DNA from: an uncultured Planctomycetaceae bacterium
GTDB lineage: Bacteria > Planctomycetota > Planctomycetia > Planctomycetales > Planctomycetaceae
Direction of reading: 5' to 3'
NCBI GenBank assembly: GCA_963813715.1
Contig: CAWFAK010000008.1
Span: forward strand, 448,001 to 512,000
Length of the DNA: 64,000 nucleotides
Positions within the stretch are counted from its first letter, which is position 1, and every line of letters starts with the position of its first letter. A program made the position numbers and the translations under genes. Of the stretch, positions 23,219 to 33,399 are shown piece by piece. The notes under the pieces were generated by a model. The model searched no databases. It saw only the letters and a program-made list of their open reading frames with translations, and was not told the DNA's origin.

Positions 23219-23779
23219 CGGGGTCCGGCGTTGCGGCCGGGCCGCTTCGGGTTGAGCGGCAGGCGCGGCCGCGCCTGCGGCCGGCCGCGTTTTCGGGGCT
23301 TTCGCCAAGTCGGCACCTTTCGGCGCGCAAATCACCAGCACAAACACGATCACCGCGGCGGGCAGCCCGATAAAGAGCGTCGCCGCCAGCAGCATCTTCT
23401 TGATCGCCGTGCCGAAGTCCGACGACGCGGCGGGCACGTCCTTCCGCAGAACTTGGCCGCAGAAGGGGCACGCGGCACTGCCTCGCGCGACTTTCCTGTC
23501 GCAGTGAGGACAGACCGCGCTCGTCAATCGCACGGCAACGTTCTTCGTCCAACGCAGAGTGCCCGGCCGTCCCGAAAGGGCGAAGCCACCCTTGGAGGAG
23601 CCGTCGTCGAACCAGAAGTCGGCGCCGCCGTGGTTCGGGGTCACGGGCGCCGCCGGCGCGGGCTGGGACACGAGATTGGGGCTGCGCACTGACGCCACGG
23701 CTCCGCAGCGCGGACACGTCGTCCCCGTTGGGCTGTCGTCCGTCTCGAACACGGCATCGCATTTCGCACAGTGAGTCAT
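23048..23779 (-). CDS. Double zinc-ribbon membrane hypothetical protein (3' end uncertain)
   Basis: CAKC..CPRC and CPHC..CPFC pairs, followed by a TM helix. Confidence 0.6.
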   Translation of the reverse strand: MTHCAKCDAVFETDDSPTGTTCPRCGAVASVRSPNLVSQPAPAAPVTPNHGGADFWFDDGSSKGGFALSGRPGTLRWTKNVAVRLTSAVCPHCDRKVARGSAACPFCGQVLRKDVPAASSDFGTAIKKMLLAATLFIGLPAAVIVFVLVICAPKGADLAKAPKTRPAAGAAAPAAQPEAARPQRRTPLSVLRSLRDKLRSTEHDGGSVPAKPSLEKTSDGPTNTNVPAVGTGNGNQVKPDASR

Positions 23780-23912
23780 CAACACGAGATCACCTTGACC
23801 GTCGTCGGCACGCCCTCGTGGCTCCGCTCGATGATCGCGGTTCGCCGGCGAGACAGTCCTCCGTACCTTGCAAACGTAATCGGCCCGCGAATGGATCACC
23901 GACCCGCTGGGG

Positions 23913-24792
23913 CTAACTGTCAGTCGCCGCGGGAGTTCGGGCAGCGTCGGCCGAACGGTTTCGGGCCGGATCGGCTGCCGGCGTTGCCGATTTTCCGCAG
24001 ACGTGCTGCAAGTGGTGAAAAAAGATGCCCGCCGCGACGGCCACGTTCAGCGAGTCGGCCCCCGCCGCCATCGGAATTGTCAGTTTGCGGGCACAAAGCT
24101 CGACCCACGACGGGTCCAGGCCGTGCTTCTCGTTGCCGAACAGCAATCCCATTTTGACCGCAGGCGCCGCCGATTCAAGCGGCTCGGCCGCCGCCGTCCA
24201 GAACCGTGGCGCACAACTCGAAGCCAAATTCGTCGCGGAGGCGGACGAGATCGCCTCGCAAGTCGACCGATTCGACGATCGGCAATGTGAAGGCCGTCCC
24301 CATCGAAACTCGCAGCACGCGTCGCGAAAATGGATCGGCGCAGCCGGGCCCCAGAATCACTCCCGCCAGGCCGAAGCCCGCGCTCAGACGGATGATCGCG
24401 CCGATGTTTTCCGGGTCGTTCACGTTCGGACAGACGGCGACGAGGGAGGAACGGCCGTCGGGCCCAGCGAGTGCCGCCAGTGGCGGGCTCGGCTCGCGGA
24501 GTCCGCAGGCCAGCACTCCCGTGTGAAACGAATAGCCGACGAGCTGTTCGGCCAGCGCGTGCTCGAGGAAATAAATCGGGCAGTCGGGCGGGACGTTCGC
24601 TGGCAGTTGCCGCTGGAGTTCCCGGCTCACCAGGATCGACTGGATCGGAAAGCGGCTGGCCAAGAGCCGCTCGACGACGAGCGACCCCTCGGCGATGAAC
24701 TGGTTCGTCCACCGGGTGCGATTCGTCGCCTTGAGATTGCGAAATGGCTCGAGCCGCGAGTCATCGAGTTCGGCGATGATTTCGATGCTCAT
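23913..24792 (-). CDS. TrmH/SpoU family RNA methyltransferase (frameshifted)
   Basis: DPENIGAIIR, RVSMG, LFGNEKHGL and IPM..ADSLNVAVA motifs. Confidence 0.9.
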
Positions 24793-24925
24793 CGACGAGC
24801 CTGTCACAATTCGAGCTGGAACGAGAGAAAAGCCGGGCCGGGCGGCGCACCGCAAACGTGAAAGTCGTGCAGTTTCAGCCGCCCCGCCCCATCTTCCCAA
24901 CTCGATCTGCCCGCGGCCAGTCCAC

Positions 24926-24956
24926 AAAAAAAACGCGCCGGAGTGCGGCGCGTTTT
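24926..24956 (-). terminator. Rho-independent terminator after DUF309 gene
   Basis: CGCGCCG/CGGCGCG stem with T-tract on the minus strand. Confidence 0.7.
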
Positions 24957-24982
24957 GAAAGCGGAAGGGCCGATTGGGCCGG

Positions 24983-25555
24983 TTAAATTTCGGCGAAGGG
25001 CATCGGCTCCGGCTGCAGCATGAACGGGAACACGCGGACCGGCTTGCCGACCGAGTAATCGCGGTCGTAGCTGATCTGCGCCGCGCGGTCGGCGGCAAAC
25101 TGCAGCATCGTAAATTCCAGACCGCAGAAGCGATCGGTGCCGATCTCGGCGGCGACGTCGGCGAAGACTTCGCCGGCGGACGCGGCATGACGGCGGACGC
25201 CATGGATGCTGTACTCGCGAACCTTCACGCCGGCCGCGGCCAGCTTGATCAATCCGCGGAGGAAGCGTCCGACGGCGCATTCGGGTCCGGCCAGCCGCCA
25301 CAGGCGTTCCCACTCTTCGTGGGCCTCCCAGTAGAAGCCCGCGTTGAAGTAGTCGAGGGCGAGCAGATACGTGCGATTGTCCGCCCAGTTCTCCGGCACG
25401 AGCGGCATCGAGGAACGGCCCTTGCGGCTATAGCTGTGGCCCCGCGGATCGCGCAGGGGATGAGGCGAACTCGTCCCCGGCACGTACGTGTAGGCCGGCA
25501 GCTCGGCGGCCGGCAGCAGCCGGTCGGGCCGAGAGGGCATTGTGTCAACAGCCAT
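24983..25555 (-). CDS. DUF309 family protein
   Basis: [17 protein letters not shown] and GLIKLAAA motifs. SD upstream of ATG 25555. Confidence 0.85.
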   Translation of the reverse strand: MAVDTMPSRPDRLLPAAELPAYTYVPGTSSPHPLRDPRGHSYSRKGRSSMPLVPENWADNRTYLLALDYFNAGFYWEAHEEWERLWRLAGPECAVGRFLRGLIKLAAAGVKVREYSIHGVRRHAASAGEVFADVAAEIGTDRFCGLEFTMLQFAADRAAQISYDRDYSVGKPVRVFPFMLQPEPMPFAEI

Positions 25556-25844
25556 CCTGTCCTTTCTCCTTGCAGTCGTAGTAGTACCCCGGTCTCGCCG
25601 GCGCTTGGCGCCGGTAGCCGACTTCGTCGGCGTCTTGAGGCCCGCCTTGCCAGAAGCCATATGAAAACGTCTACGCATAATGCAGTCAAACCGATTGAGG
25701 GGATAGTTGGTGGCCGAGATACGCAAATCGGCCGCGGTCTCTTATCTTCGTTGAATTCCCCACCGCCGGACCGTCCGCGACGGTTGGAATAGCCAACCCA
25801 AAGTCAGCGAACGGATCGGCTGCTTTTCCCGGGCGCTTTGTCCC

Positions 25845-26033
25845 AGAGTTGTGGTCCGCCAAACGGACCTTCAAATGGTCGGTACGCTGAGGTTCGTCGT
25901 GGACGCTTCACGCCGAAGCGGCCCGTTCCCTGGGTTCGAATTCGTCCTTGCCGGGCGACTCGTCGGAAGGATTTGTCAGGCCGGGCTGCTGAGCACGGCC
26001 GTGTCGCCGGTCTAGTGGCGGAAGGAACTCTCC
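25845..26033 (-). ncRNA. Candidate ~190-nt structured ncRNA
   Basis: Terminal long-range stem GAGUU..UCCGCCA..GACC / GGUC..UGGCGGA..AACUC enclosing several hairpins. TATCTT -10 box at 26045-26040. Confidence 0.6.
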
Positions 26034-26282
26034 ATCCCTAAGATATGCGCAGAATTCTGTGAAAAAACAGCCCAAATCCGTCGTGGTGCAAGGAATTGTG
26101 TGATTTTTTGCCCAGCACCGCCGAGAGTCGAAGGTCACTTAAAGATTCGTTAATGTGAGCCTCCCGGCCGTTGGGACTCTGGGTAATTGTTTCCAGCTTT
26201 TGGGAACGCTCGGGCTCAGTTTCCCGCCATTTGTCCCATTTTTTGACTCGCGCTGGTAAACCGCGTGAGAGGAAGCCTTCCA

Positions 26283-27032
26283 ATGACCGTGACCGGCGGA
26301 TTGACACCTGCACAGCTGGCCGAACTGGTGAAGTACGACACGCCGACCGTTTGCAACGTGATCGAGCTCTTCGACGTCCGCCCTCGCAACGCGGGCTACA
26401 TGAACGAGTCGATTAAGGCCTGCTTCCCGCAGATGCCGCCGATCGCTGGTTACGCACTGACCTCCTTCTTCCGCAGCCAGGCACCGCCAAGCGGAGGCGA
26501 TGTTTACGCAAGCCTCACGAAGCAGGTGGACGGCTTCGGCGGGCTGCCCGGGCCGGCCATCGTCGTCTTCCAGGACGTCGACTTGCCGATAGCCGCCGCC
26601 ACCTTCGGTGAAGTGATGTGCACCACCTACAAGGCGTTTGGCGCCCAGGGGCTGATCACTTCGGGGACGGGCCGGGATCTCGACCAGGTCGAGCGGATCG
26701 GCTTTCCCTGCTTCACGTCGGGGGCGACCTGCGCCCACGGTTACAGCCACATCCTGGCCGTCGGCGTGCCGGTGGTCGTCGGCGGCATCACGATCTATCA
26801 AGGGGACCTCTTACACGCCGATCGCAACGGAGTGAGCACGATCCCACACGAGATCGCCTCGGAGGTGGCCGGCTGCTGCCGGGAATTCGCGGCCGCCGAA
26901 CAGATTATTTTCGACTACCTCAAAGGGCCGAAGATCACCGTATCGGGCTTTGACGAGGCCCGCCGGGCCTGTGGCGACGCCATCGAAACGCTGGGTAAAC
27001 GGGTGCGACGCGGCCCGCGGACCGGCTCGTAG
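26283..27032 (+). CDS. RraA/HMG aldolase family protein
   Basis: DTPTVCN, FGEVM, GTGRDL and [11 protein letters not shown] motifs. Confidence 0.88.
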   Translation: MTVTGGLTPAQLAELVKYDTPTVCNVIELFDVRPRNAGYMNESIKACFPQMPPIAGYALTSFFRSQAPPSGGDVYASLTKQVDGFGGLPGPAIVVFQDVDLPIAAATFGEVMCTTYKAFGAQGLITSGTGRDLDQVERIGFPCFTSGATCAHGYSHILAVGVPVVVGGITIYQGDLLHADRNGVSTIPHEIASEVAGCCREFAAAEQIIFDYLKGPKITVSGFDEARRACGDAIETLGKRVRRGPRTGS

Positions 27033-27104
27033 CCTGTGACCGCTCATTTTCGCTCGCGAATCACCGATGGACTCGACGGGCTGCCGGAGCCTGACGCGAA
27101 TAGG

Positions 27105-27800
27105 TTAAACGCTCAGGTGCTTCGCCACGACGTCGGGCGTCAGCTGGGCCGTCTCGCCTTCAGCGACGACCTGGCCGCGGTTCATGATGTAGAAGTGGTG
27201 TCCGAACTCGCGGACGAAATCGAGATACTGCTCGACGACGACGATCGTCATCCCCAGGTCGTCGACGAACTTGTGCAGCACGCGGCCGATCTGATCGATA
27301 ATGCTCGGCTGGATGCCTTCGGTCGGCTCGTCCAGCAGCAGCACCTTCGGGCCGCCGACGAGCGCCCGGGCGATCGCCAATTGCTGCTGCTGCCCGCCGG
27401 ACAAATCGCCCCCCATCCGACCGGCCATGGTCTTGAGGATCGGGAAGAGCGAGTAAACTTCCTCGGGAATGGTGCGGGAGCGATCGGCGCGGGCCTGCAG
27501 ACCGATCCGCAGGTTTTCCTCGACCGTCAGCTTGGGAAAGATTTCGCGGCCCTGAGGGACGAGGGCCAGCCCCGCCCGTGCGCGGCGGTAGGCGGGCAGA
27601 CGCGTCAGGTCTTTGTCGCCCATCACCACAGAGCCGGCGGAGGGACGCAGCACGCCCATCAGGTTCCGCATCAGCGTGGTCTTGCCGACACCGTTGCGGC
27701 CCATCACGCAGGTCACCCGCCCCTTGGAAATCTCCATGTTGATGCCCCGCAGCGTGGGGATCGTGCCGTAGGAGAAGGAGAGATTGTGGATCGAAAGCAT
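27105..27800 (-). CDS. urtE: Urea ABC transporter ATP-binding subunit
   Basis: GRNGVGKT, LSGGQQQQLAIAR and DEPTEGIQP motifs. Confidence 0.88.
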   Translation of the reverse strand: MLSIHNLSFSYGTIPTLRGINMEISKGRVTCVMGRNGVGKTTLMRNLMGVLRPSAGSVVMGDKDLTRLPAYRRARAGLALVPQGREIFPKLTVEENLRIGLQARADRSRTIPEEVYSLFPILKTMAGRMGGDLSGGQQQQLAIARALVGGPKVLLLDEPTEGIQPSIIDQIGRVLHKFVDDLGMTIVVVEQYLDFVREFGHHFYIMNRGQVVAEGETAQLTPDVVAKHLSV

Positions 27801-27841
27801 GTCGCCGGCTTCGAGTTTTGTTCGTGCGTCGGGCGGGGAAC

Positions 27842-30277
27842 CTAGGCTTGTTGTCGAGTGCCGCCGCGGCCCAGGTAGGCCTCGACCACGCGGGGGTCGG
27901 CCTGCACCTGGTCGAGCGTGCCGTGGGCCATGACGCTGCCTTCATTCAGCACGGTGACGGGCGCGTTGAGCAGACGTACAAACTCCATGTCGTGCTCGAT
28001 CACCATCACGCTGTGCTCATCCTGCAGCTCGAGCAGAAGCTCGGCCGTGAGCGCCGTTTCCTCGTCGGTGAGACCGGCGGCCGGCTCGTCGACCAGGAGC
28101 AAATGCGGACTGGCCAAAAGCAGCATGCTGATTTCCAGCCACTGTCGTTGTCCGTGGCTCAGATATTTCACGCGTTTGCCGGCCTCACGGTCGAGGCGGA
28201 CTCGCTTCAAGATGGAATAGATCCGGTCGCGATCGGCCGGCGTGGCTTTGTGGCGAAAGTTGCGTTGCAGGGCCTGCCGCCCGGGAAGCGCCAGCTCCAT
28301 GCTCTCGAAGACGGTCAGCCCGTCGAAGATGCTGGGCGTCTGAAACTTGCGGCCGACGCCCAGTCGCGCGATGTCGACCTCCGGAATGTGCGTGATTTCG
28401 GTCTTACCGAAAAAGATCTGCCCGCTGGTCGCCCGGGTCTTGCCGCTGATCACGTCGCAGAGGGTCGTCTTGCCGGCACCGTTGGGGCCGATGACGACCT
28501 GCAGCTCATAGTAGTCGATGCTGAATTGGTCGATGTCGAGGGCTTTGAAGCCGTCGAAAATCACCTTCACGTTTTCCACCCGCACCAGCTCCGTGTCGAG
28601 CAGCGAGCGGTGCTGAGACGAAAGCGTGCGTTCGCGCTGCAGGCTGTTGACCCGCTGCAGTCGCGTCTGCAGGCTGGCCGAGTTCTCGCCACCGTTGCCC
28701 TTCCCTTCGCCGGTGCCGTCGGAAGTCTCGAGCGGTTCGTCGCCAGTGTCAGCGTCGTCGCGGCGGCGGCGGAGCCAGTGCCAGGCTTCGATGCCGCTCT
28801 TGGGCAGGCTCACCAGTCCGTCGGGCAACAGCAGCACGACGGCGACGAACAGGCTGCCCAGCATGAACATCCAGTAGTCGGACCGCCACGTGAATAGATC
28901 GTACAAGCGATCGGGAATGCGGCCCTTGGCGAACCACAACATCTCGTGCTGCGACGTGAAGTACATGTAGGCCAGCTTCACGACGAGCGTGCCCAGGATT
29001 GCCCCGGACGAGCGTCGCGCGACCGCCGACGGCCACCCAAATCACCACCATGATCGATTCGAGCACCGACATATTGTGCGGCGTGATGATCAGCTTTTGC
29101 GGCACATAGAGCATGCCGCCCAGCCCGGCGAGCATCCCGCTGAGGGCGAACACGAAGACTTTGAAGTGGTAGGGCTCGTAGCCGAAGAAGCGGAGGCGGT
29201 TTTCGTTATCGCGAACGGCGATCAACACCTGGCCGACGCGCGAAGTGATGACAAAGCGGCACAGCGCATAGGCGCCGCCCAAGGCGAGCACCGTCAGCAC
29301 GTAGAGCCCCATGCGGGTGTTGTCGTCTGTGAGCAAGTAGCCGGCCAGACGGATGTCGGAGATCGACGCCAGCGTAACCGATTTGCCGTCGCCTTCGGGC
29401 ACCTTGACGGCGTCAACCCCCTCCTTCATCGCCAACGGGTGCGTGCCATTAGGGACGCTGACAAAGTACGTCGAACCGCTTTCGGTAAGCACGGCCCCTG
29501 GCATCGTTTTGATGTATTGCTCGAGCGCGGGCGTGATCACGCTGGGAGACAGCTTCTCCTCGGTGAGCCGCGTCCGGCTTGAGCTGCACCTGGATCTTTT
29601 CCTGCGGCACCCAGGATCACCCGGTCGAAACGGGTGAGTCCGTTCGTGCCGCCGCATTTGATGTCGTTGAGCGTGAAGATCAGCCAGGCGGCCAGCGCGA
29701 TGGCTTGCGTGAGCACCGCAAAGAACACGCCCCGCACGCGGCTGCGAAACACAAAGAAGCCGATGACTCCGGCCACGGCACCGGGGATCAACGCGCCCAG
29801 AATCAGCGTGCTCCACAAGCTCCAGAACGGTTTCCAGAACCAGGGGACCAGCGCGTCGGAGGGTTGCTCGCCGACTTTGTACGGATAGACGACGTACAGA
29901 CAGGCGGGCAGCTTCCAGCCGTTGTGATCGATGATGCCTTCCGGCCCGCCGTGATGGGCCAGGTACATGCCCATCGCATAACCGCCCAGGCAGAAGAAGA
30001 GCGCCTGGCACAGGCACAACAGTCCCGCGTAGCCCCAAACCAGGTCGAGACTGACGGCCACGATGGCAAAAGCCAGGTATTGTCCCAGCAGGTTTACGCT
30101 GACGATGCTCATCTGGTCGTAGTGATAGAGCAGCGGCACCCCGACCAGCGCAACCAGAAAGATGACCCAGCTCGCTGCCGCGCGACGATAACGCTTCGAC
30201 GAACCAAGCAGACCGTTACGCGTCGGCATGAGCCCGGCGGACAGAGGCGGCTTTTTCGCTTGCGCCGTGTCAGACAT
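27842..30277 (-). CDS. urtC: Fused urea ABC permease UrtC + ATPase UrtD; frameshifted
   Basis: UrtC motifs (DLVWGYAG, SRVRGVFF, GGTNGLT, VAVGGRATL). The last TM helices run without a stop into UrtD motifs (GPNGAGKT, RKFQTP, LSHGQRQWLEI). Confidence 0.8.
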
Positions 30278-32219
30278 CGGCGAGCCTCCCCTTTGGCGGG
30301 AAGAGCCCGGCCGGTCTCCATTGAATGAAGATCACGACAGCCAACAGGATCAGCACGCGGGCCCAACGCGTCTGCACGTCCTGCCGAGCAGGTCGGTCCA
30401 CATCACGTTTCGCAAGAAGCCGATCGTCGCGGCCACCGCACCGAACACGTACAGCGAAAACAGCTTGCCGACTTGGGGCCGCGACCAGAAGCGGATGGCA
30501 AAAGGCAGCGGCACGGGGACCAGCAGGGTCAACCAGCCCCAACCGCGACTTTCGCGAAACGCGCGGACGGTGAGCACGATCCAGCAGGTCAGCATGATGG
30601 CCAGGCCGATCGAGAGAATCGCCACGCCGAAGGTGGTCGGTTCGAGCGAGCTTGTCCAGCACGCCCATGCCGAGCCCGGCCCAAACCGAGCCGGCCAGCG
30701 CGCCGACGCCGCCGACGACCACGACCAGGAACGAGTCGACGATGTAGTTCTGTCCCATGTCGGGCGTGACGCCGGCAATCGACGTCAGGGCATAGCCGGC
30801 GACGCCTGCCAGTCCGGCCCCCAGTGCGAACGTAAAGCCGTCGACGCGGCGGGTGGCGACGCCGAGCGTTTCGGCCGTCGTGCGACCCTGCACGGTCGCG
30901 CGGATCTTGAGGCCGATGGGCGTGAAGTTCATCAATAAATAGACGAAGAGCACGCACAGGGCGCACAGGCCCAGAATGAAGCAGCGGGCGTACTCGATGC
31001 CGAAGTCGGGCAGCACCTCAAAGCCGCCGATCAGCCACGTCGGGCTATTGACGCCGATATTGTCGCCGTAGCGGACGCGGGCCGCCTGAATCAGGATCAG
31101 GCTCACGCCCCAGGTCGCCAGCAGCGTTTCGAGCGGGCGGCCGTACAAGTGCCGCACCACGATCAGCTCGATCAGCCAGCCGACGGCGGCCGCGGCGAGA
31201 AAGGCAACCGGAAAGGCGGCGATGAAGTACCAGTTCGACGGATGATCGGGCGAATGGCCGAACGCCCGCTGCATTTCGTAGGTCGCGTAAGCCCCGATCA
31301 TCATCAGCTCGCCGTGGGCCATGTTGATGACGCCCATCTGGCCGTAAATGATCGACAGTCCGAGGGCCATCAGGATCAGCACGGAGCCGAGCGACAGGCC
31401 GTTGGTCAGGTTGCGGCCCCAACTGATCCAGTACTGGTAGCGTTCGACCGAATGGATCGCTTCCTGATAAACGGACAGCTCGCCGGCGGGAACGGTTCCC
31501 CCATCGATCTGCTGTTGGAAGTATTGCGCAGCCGGCAGGCTGTGGAGCTTGCCCAGCTCGGTGACGGCGGACAGGCGCTGGTCGGCGGGCTGGTCGGCCA
31601 CGTCCCCGGCCACGCGGATCATCAGCGCGCCTTCCCGCGCGGTGCGGCGGACGCGGCTGTCATCGTCGGACTCGGCGATTTTCTCGAGCGTCTCCAGGAA
31701 GGCGGAGTCGCGGCTCTCGCCCAGGCGGCGGGCCGAGGCGGCACGCTTCTCCGGGTCGCTCGACGTGTAATCCTGCAGGAAGCGAATCACATTTTGCAGC
31801 AGTTGCCCCTCCGGGCGCGTCGGCCGCAAGTTACGCAGGTCGTCCGCGCCGACGACCAACGGCTTCCCCTGCGGATCGGTGAGGGGTTGGCGACTGAGCG
31901 GATCGAGCAGCGCGGCCGTCTGCTTGCGACCGGCCGACTTGATCTCTTCGCAGAGCACGACCTGCTTTCTGAGCGCGTACAGGTTCCGTTCTTGAAACGA
32001 CTGCAACAACCTGGCGATCCGCGCGTCTCGCGTTTTGGCCAGGTTCTCGATCGCGTCCTGGCGGTTGTCGGTGTTTTTGTCGGCCAGCCGCTGGACCTGC
32101 TTGCGAATTTCTTCGTCCTGAGCGGAGACCCTGGCGGCGCAGGCGCAGAGCGACAGCAAAACGGCGACGGACAGCGCGGCGCGGACGCCCCTCCGATGGC
32201 GAGTGTCAGTACGCGTCAC
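30270..32219 (-). CDS. urtB: Urea ABC permease UrtB with N-terminal HEAT-repeat domain
   Basis: GVINMAHGE, LYGRPLETLLATWG, YIVDSFLVVV and QWRPAGLF motifs. Confidence 0.85.
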   Translation of the reverse strand: MTRTDTRHRRGVRAALSVAVLLSLCACAARVSAQDEEIRKQVQRLADKNTDNRQDAIENLAKTRDARIARLLQSFQERNLYALRKQVVLCEEIKSAGRKQTAALLDPLSRQPLTDPQGKPLVVGADDLRNLRPTRPEGQLLQNVIRFLQDYTSSDPEKRAASARRLGESRDSAFLETLEKIAESDDDSRVRRTAREGALMIRVAGDVADQPADQRLSAVTELGKLHSLPAAQYFQQQIDGGTVPAGELSVYQEAIHSVERYQYWISWGRNLTNGLSLGSVLILMALGLSIIYGQMGVINMAHGELMMIGAYATYEMQRAFGHSPDHPSNWYFIAAFPVAFLAAAAVGWLIELIVVRHLYGRPLETLLATWGVSLILIQAARVRYGDNIGVNSPTWLIGGFEVLPDFGIEYARCFILGLCALCVLFVYLLMNFTPIGLKIRATVQGRTTAETLGVATRRVDGFTFALGAGLAGVAGYALTSIAGVTPDMGQNYIVDSFLVVVVGGVGALAGSVWAGLGMGVLDKLARTDHLRRGDSLDRPGHHADLLDRAHRPRVSRKSRLGLVDPAGPRAAAFCHPLLVAAPSRQAVFAVRVRCGGRDDRLLAKRDVDRPARQDVQTRWARVLILLAVVIFIQWRPAGLFPPKGRLADV

Positions 32220-32453
32220 AAGCGTCCTTCCTGCGTAGGATCGCGGACACAGGCCAGGAACTCAGGCGAGAGTCTCCAGACACAATCGCAATGGCAGCGC
32301 GGTCGGCACCGCATTGCGGCCCCGAAGTCGTCGCGGATCCTGGCTCAATCGATCGGCGGGGCATTTGGCAAGCGCAACCATTCCGCCCGTGGTCTCGAGG
32401 AGAGTCTCAGAGACAGGAGGGTTATCGGCGTGACATCACACCCGATTCAAATC

Positions 32454-32468
32454 GCAATTTCAATGCCA
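32454..32468 (-). promoter_or_regulatory. Sigma54 (-24/-12) promoter of urt operon
   Basis: TGGCAT-TGAAA-TTGC on the minus strand, about 235 bp upstream of urtB. Confidence 0.7.
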
Positions 32469-32710
32469 CCTAGGCGTTCGAGCCGAGCCGATCGAGCGGG
32501 CCGCGCTCGCATGGGCCGCGTTTCTGCGGATTTGGCGGCTCAAACACCGAGCGAGGCGGAGCCCGGCGGTCGCTGATTTTCCGACATCATCGCACGTGAT
32601 GCAATGATTATCGGCATTCATGCATTTTGAATGGGCAGGCTCGTTGATCGCGGGCAAGCTGGGAACTTGCCCCACTGCGTGCCGGCGGCACAAGCTCCGA
32701 CACTGCCCGT

Positions 32711-32917
32711 TTAGAACAGCGGATAGATGAACGGCGCCGCACCCGTGCTGGAGAGAATGATCAGCAGGCCCACCAGGAGCAGCACCACGACAATCGGCGT
32801 GATCCACCAAGCCTTGTTGTGCAACAGAAAGTCGACGAGCTCGCGCAAGAGGCTCGGCGACGACTGTTCGGCCTGGCGGGCAAAATCGTCCGACTTGGAC
32901 GGGCTCTTCGTTGTCAT
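32711..32917 (-). CDS. DUF5989 / SxtK-like small membrane protein
   Basis: NKAWWITPI...AAPFIYPLF. Confidence 0.85.
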   Translation of the reverse strand: MTTKSPSKSDDFARQAEQSSPSLLRELVDFLLHNKAWWITPIVVVLLLVGLLIILSSTGAAPFIYPLF

Positions 32918-32973
32918 GCGACTGGCTCTGCCGAACGGTCGGTTCTCGGTGCGCCCGAATTGATACGGGCGGA

Positions 32974-33384
32974 TCAGTACTGGCGGAAATAGCGGGCTGG
33001 GTCGTGCTCCATGCGGCGAGGCTTCCAGTAAGTCTTTGCCGCGCGATCGAAGCCGCGCTCCATCGGATCACGACCGGTCAACCTCATTATAACGCCGACG
33101 GGAGTGACCACGAGGTAGAAAATGAGCGCCATCACGACGTGGGTGACAACCCAGCCGATCGGATAGTTGACGACCATCAACACGACCCAGAGAGGCCGCA
33201 AAGCTTGCGGAACCGTCAGGGCCAGGGCGGCGCAGACGAGTCCCACCCCGGCCACCGTCGCCCCCGCGGGGATCGATCCGGTGCGACGGAAGACGATCCA
33301 GCCGACGAGCGTTAGAAAGGCCAGCGCACACAGGCCGAAGACCCGCAGCTCTTTCTTCGTCGGATTGAGATTGAGATCAATCAC
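32974..33384 (-). CDS. SxtJ family membrane protein
   Basis: ELRVFG, FYLVVTPVG..RLTGRDP and C-terminal RQY. Confidence 0.85.
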   Translation of the reverse strand: MIDLNLNPTKKELRVFGLCALAFLTLVGWIVFRRTGSIPAGATVAGVGLVCAALALTVPQALRPLWVVLMVVNYPIGWVVTHVVMALIFYLVVTPVGVIMRLTGRDPMERGFDRAAKTYWKPRRMEHDPARYFRQY

Positions 33385-33399
33385 GGGTGGTCCGATTCG

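Noticed and set aside
32220..32440. Guanidine or other riboswitch in urtB leader
   Set aside because: No ACGR twin hairpins or ykkC consensus were recognised.
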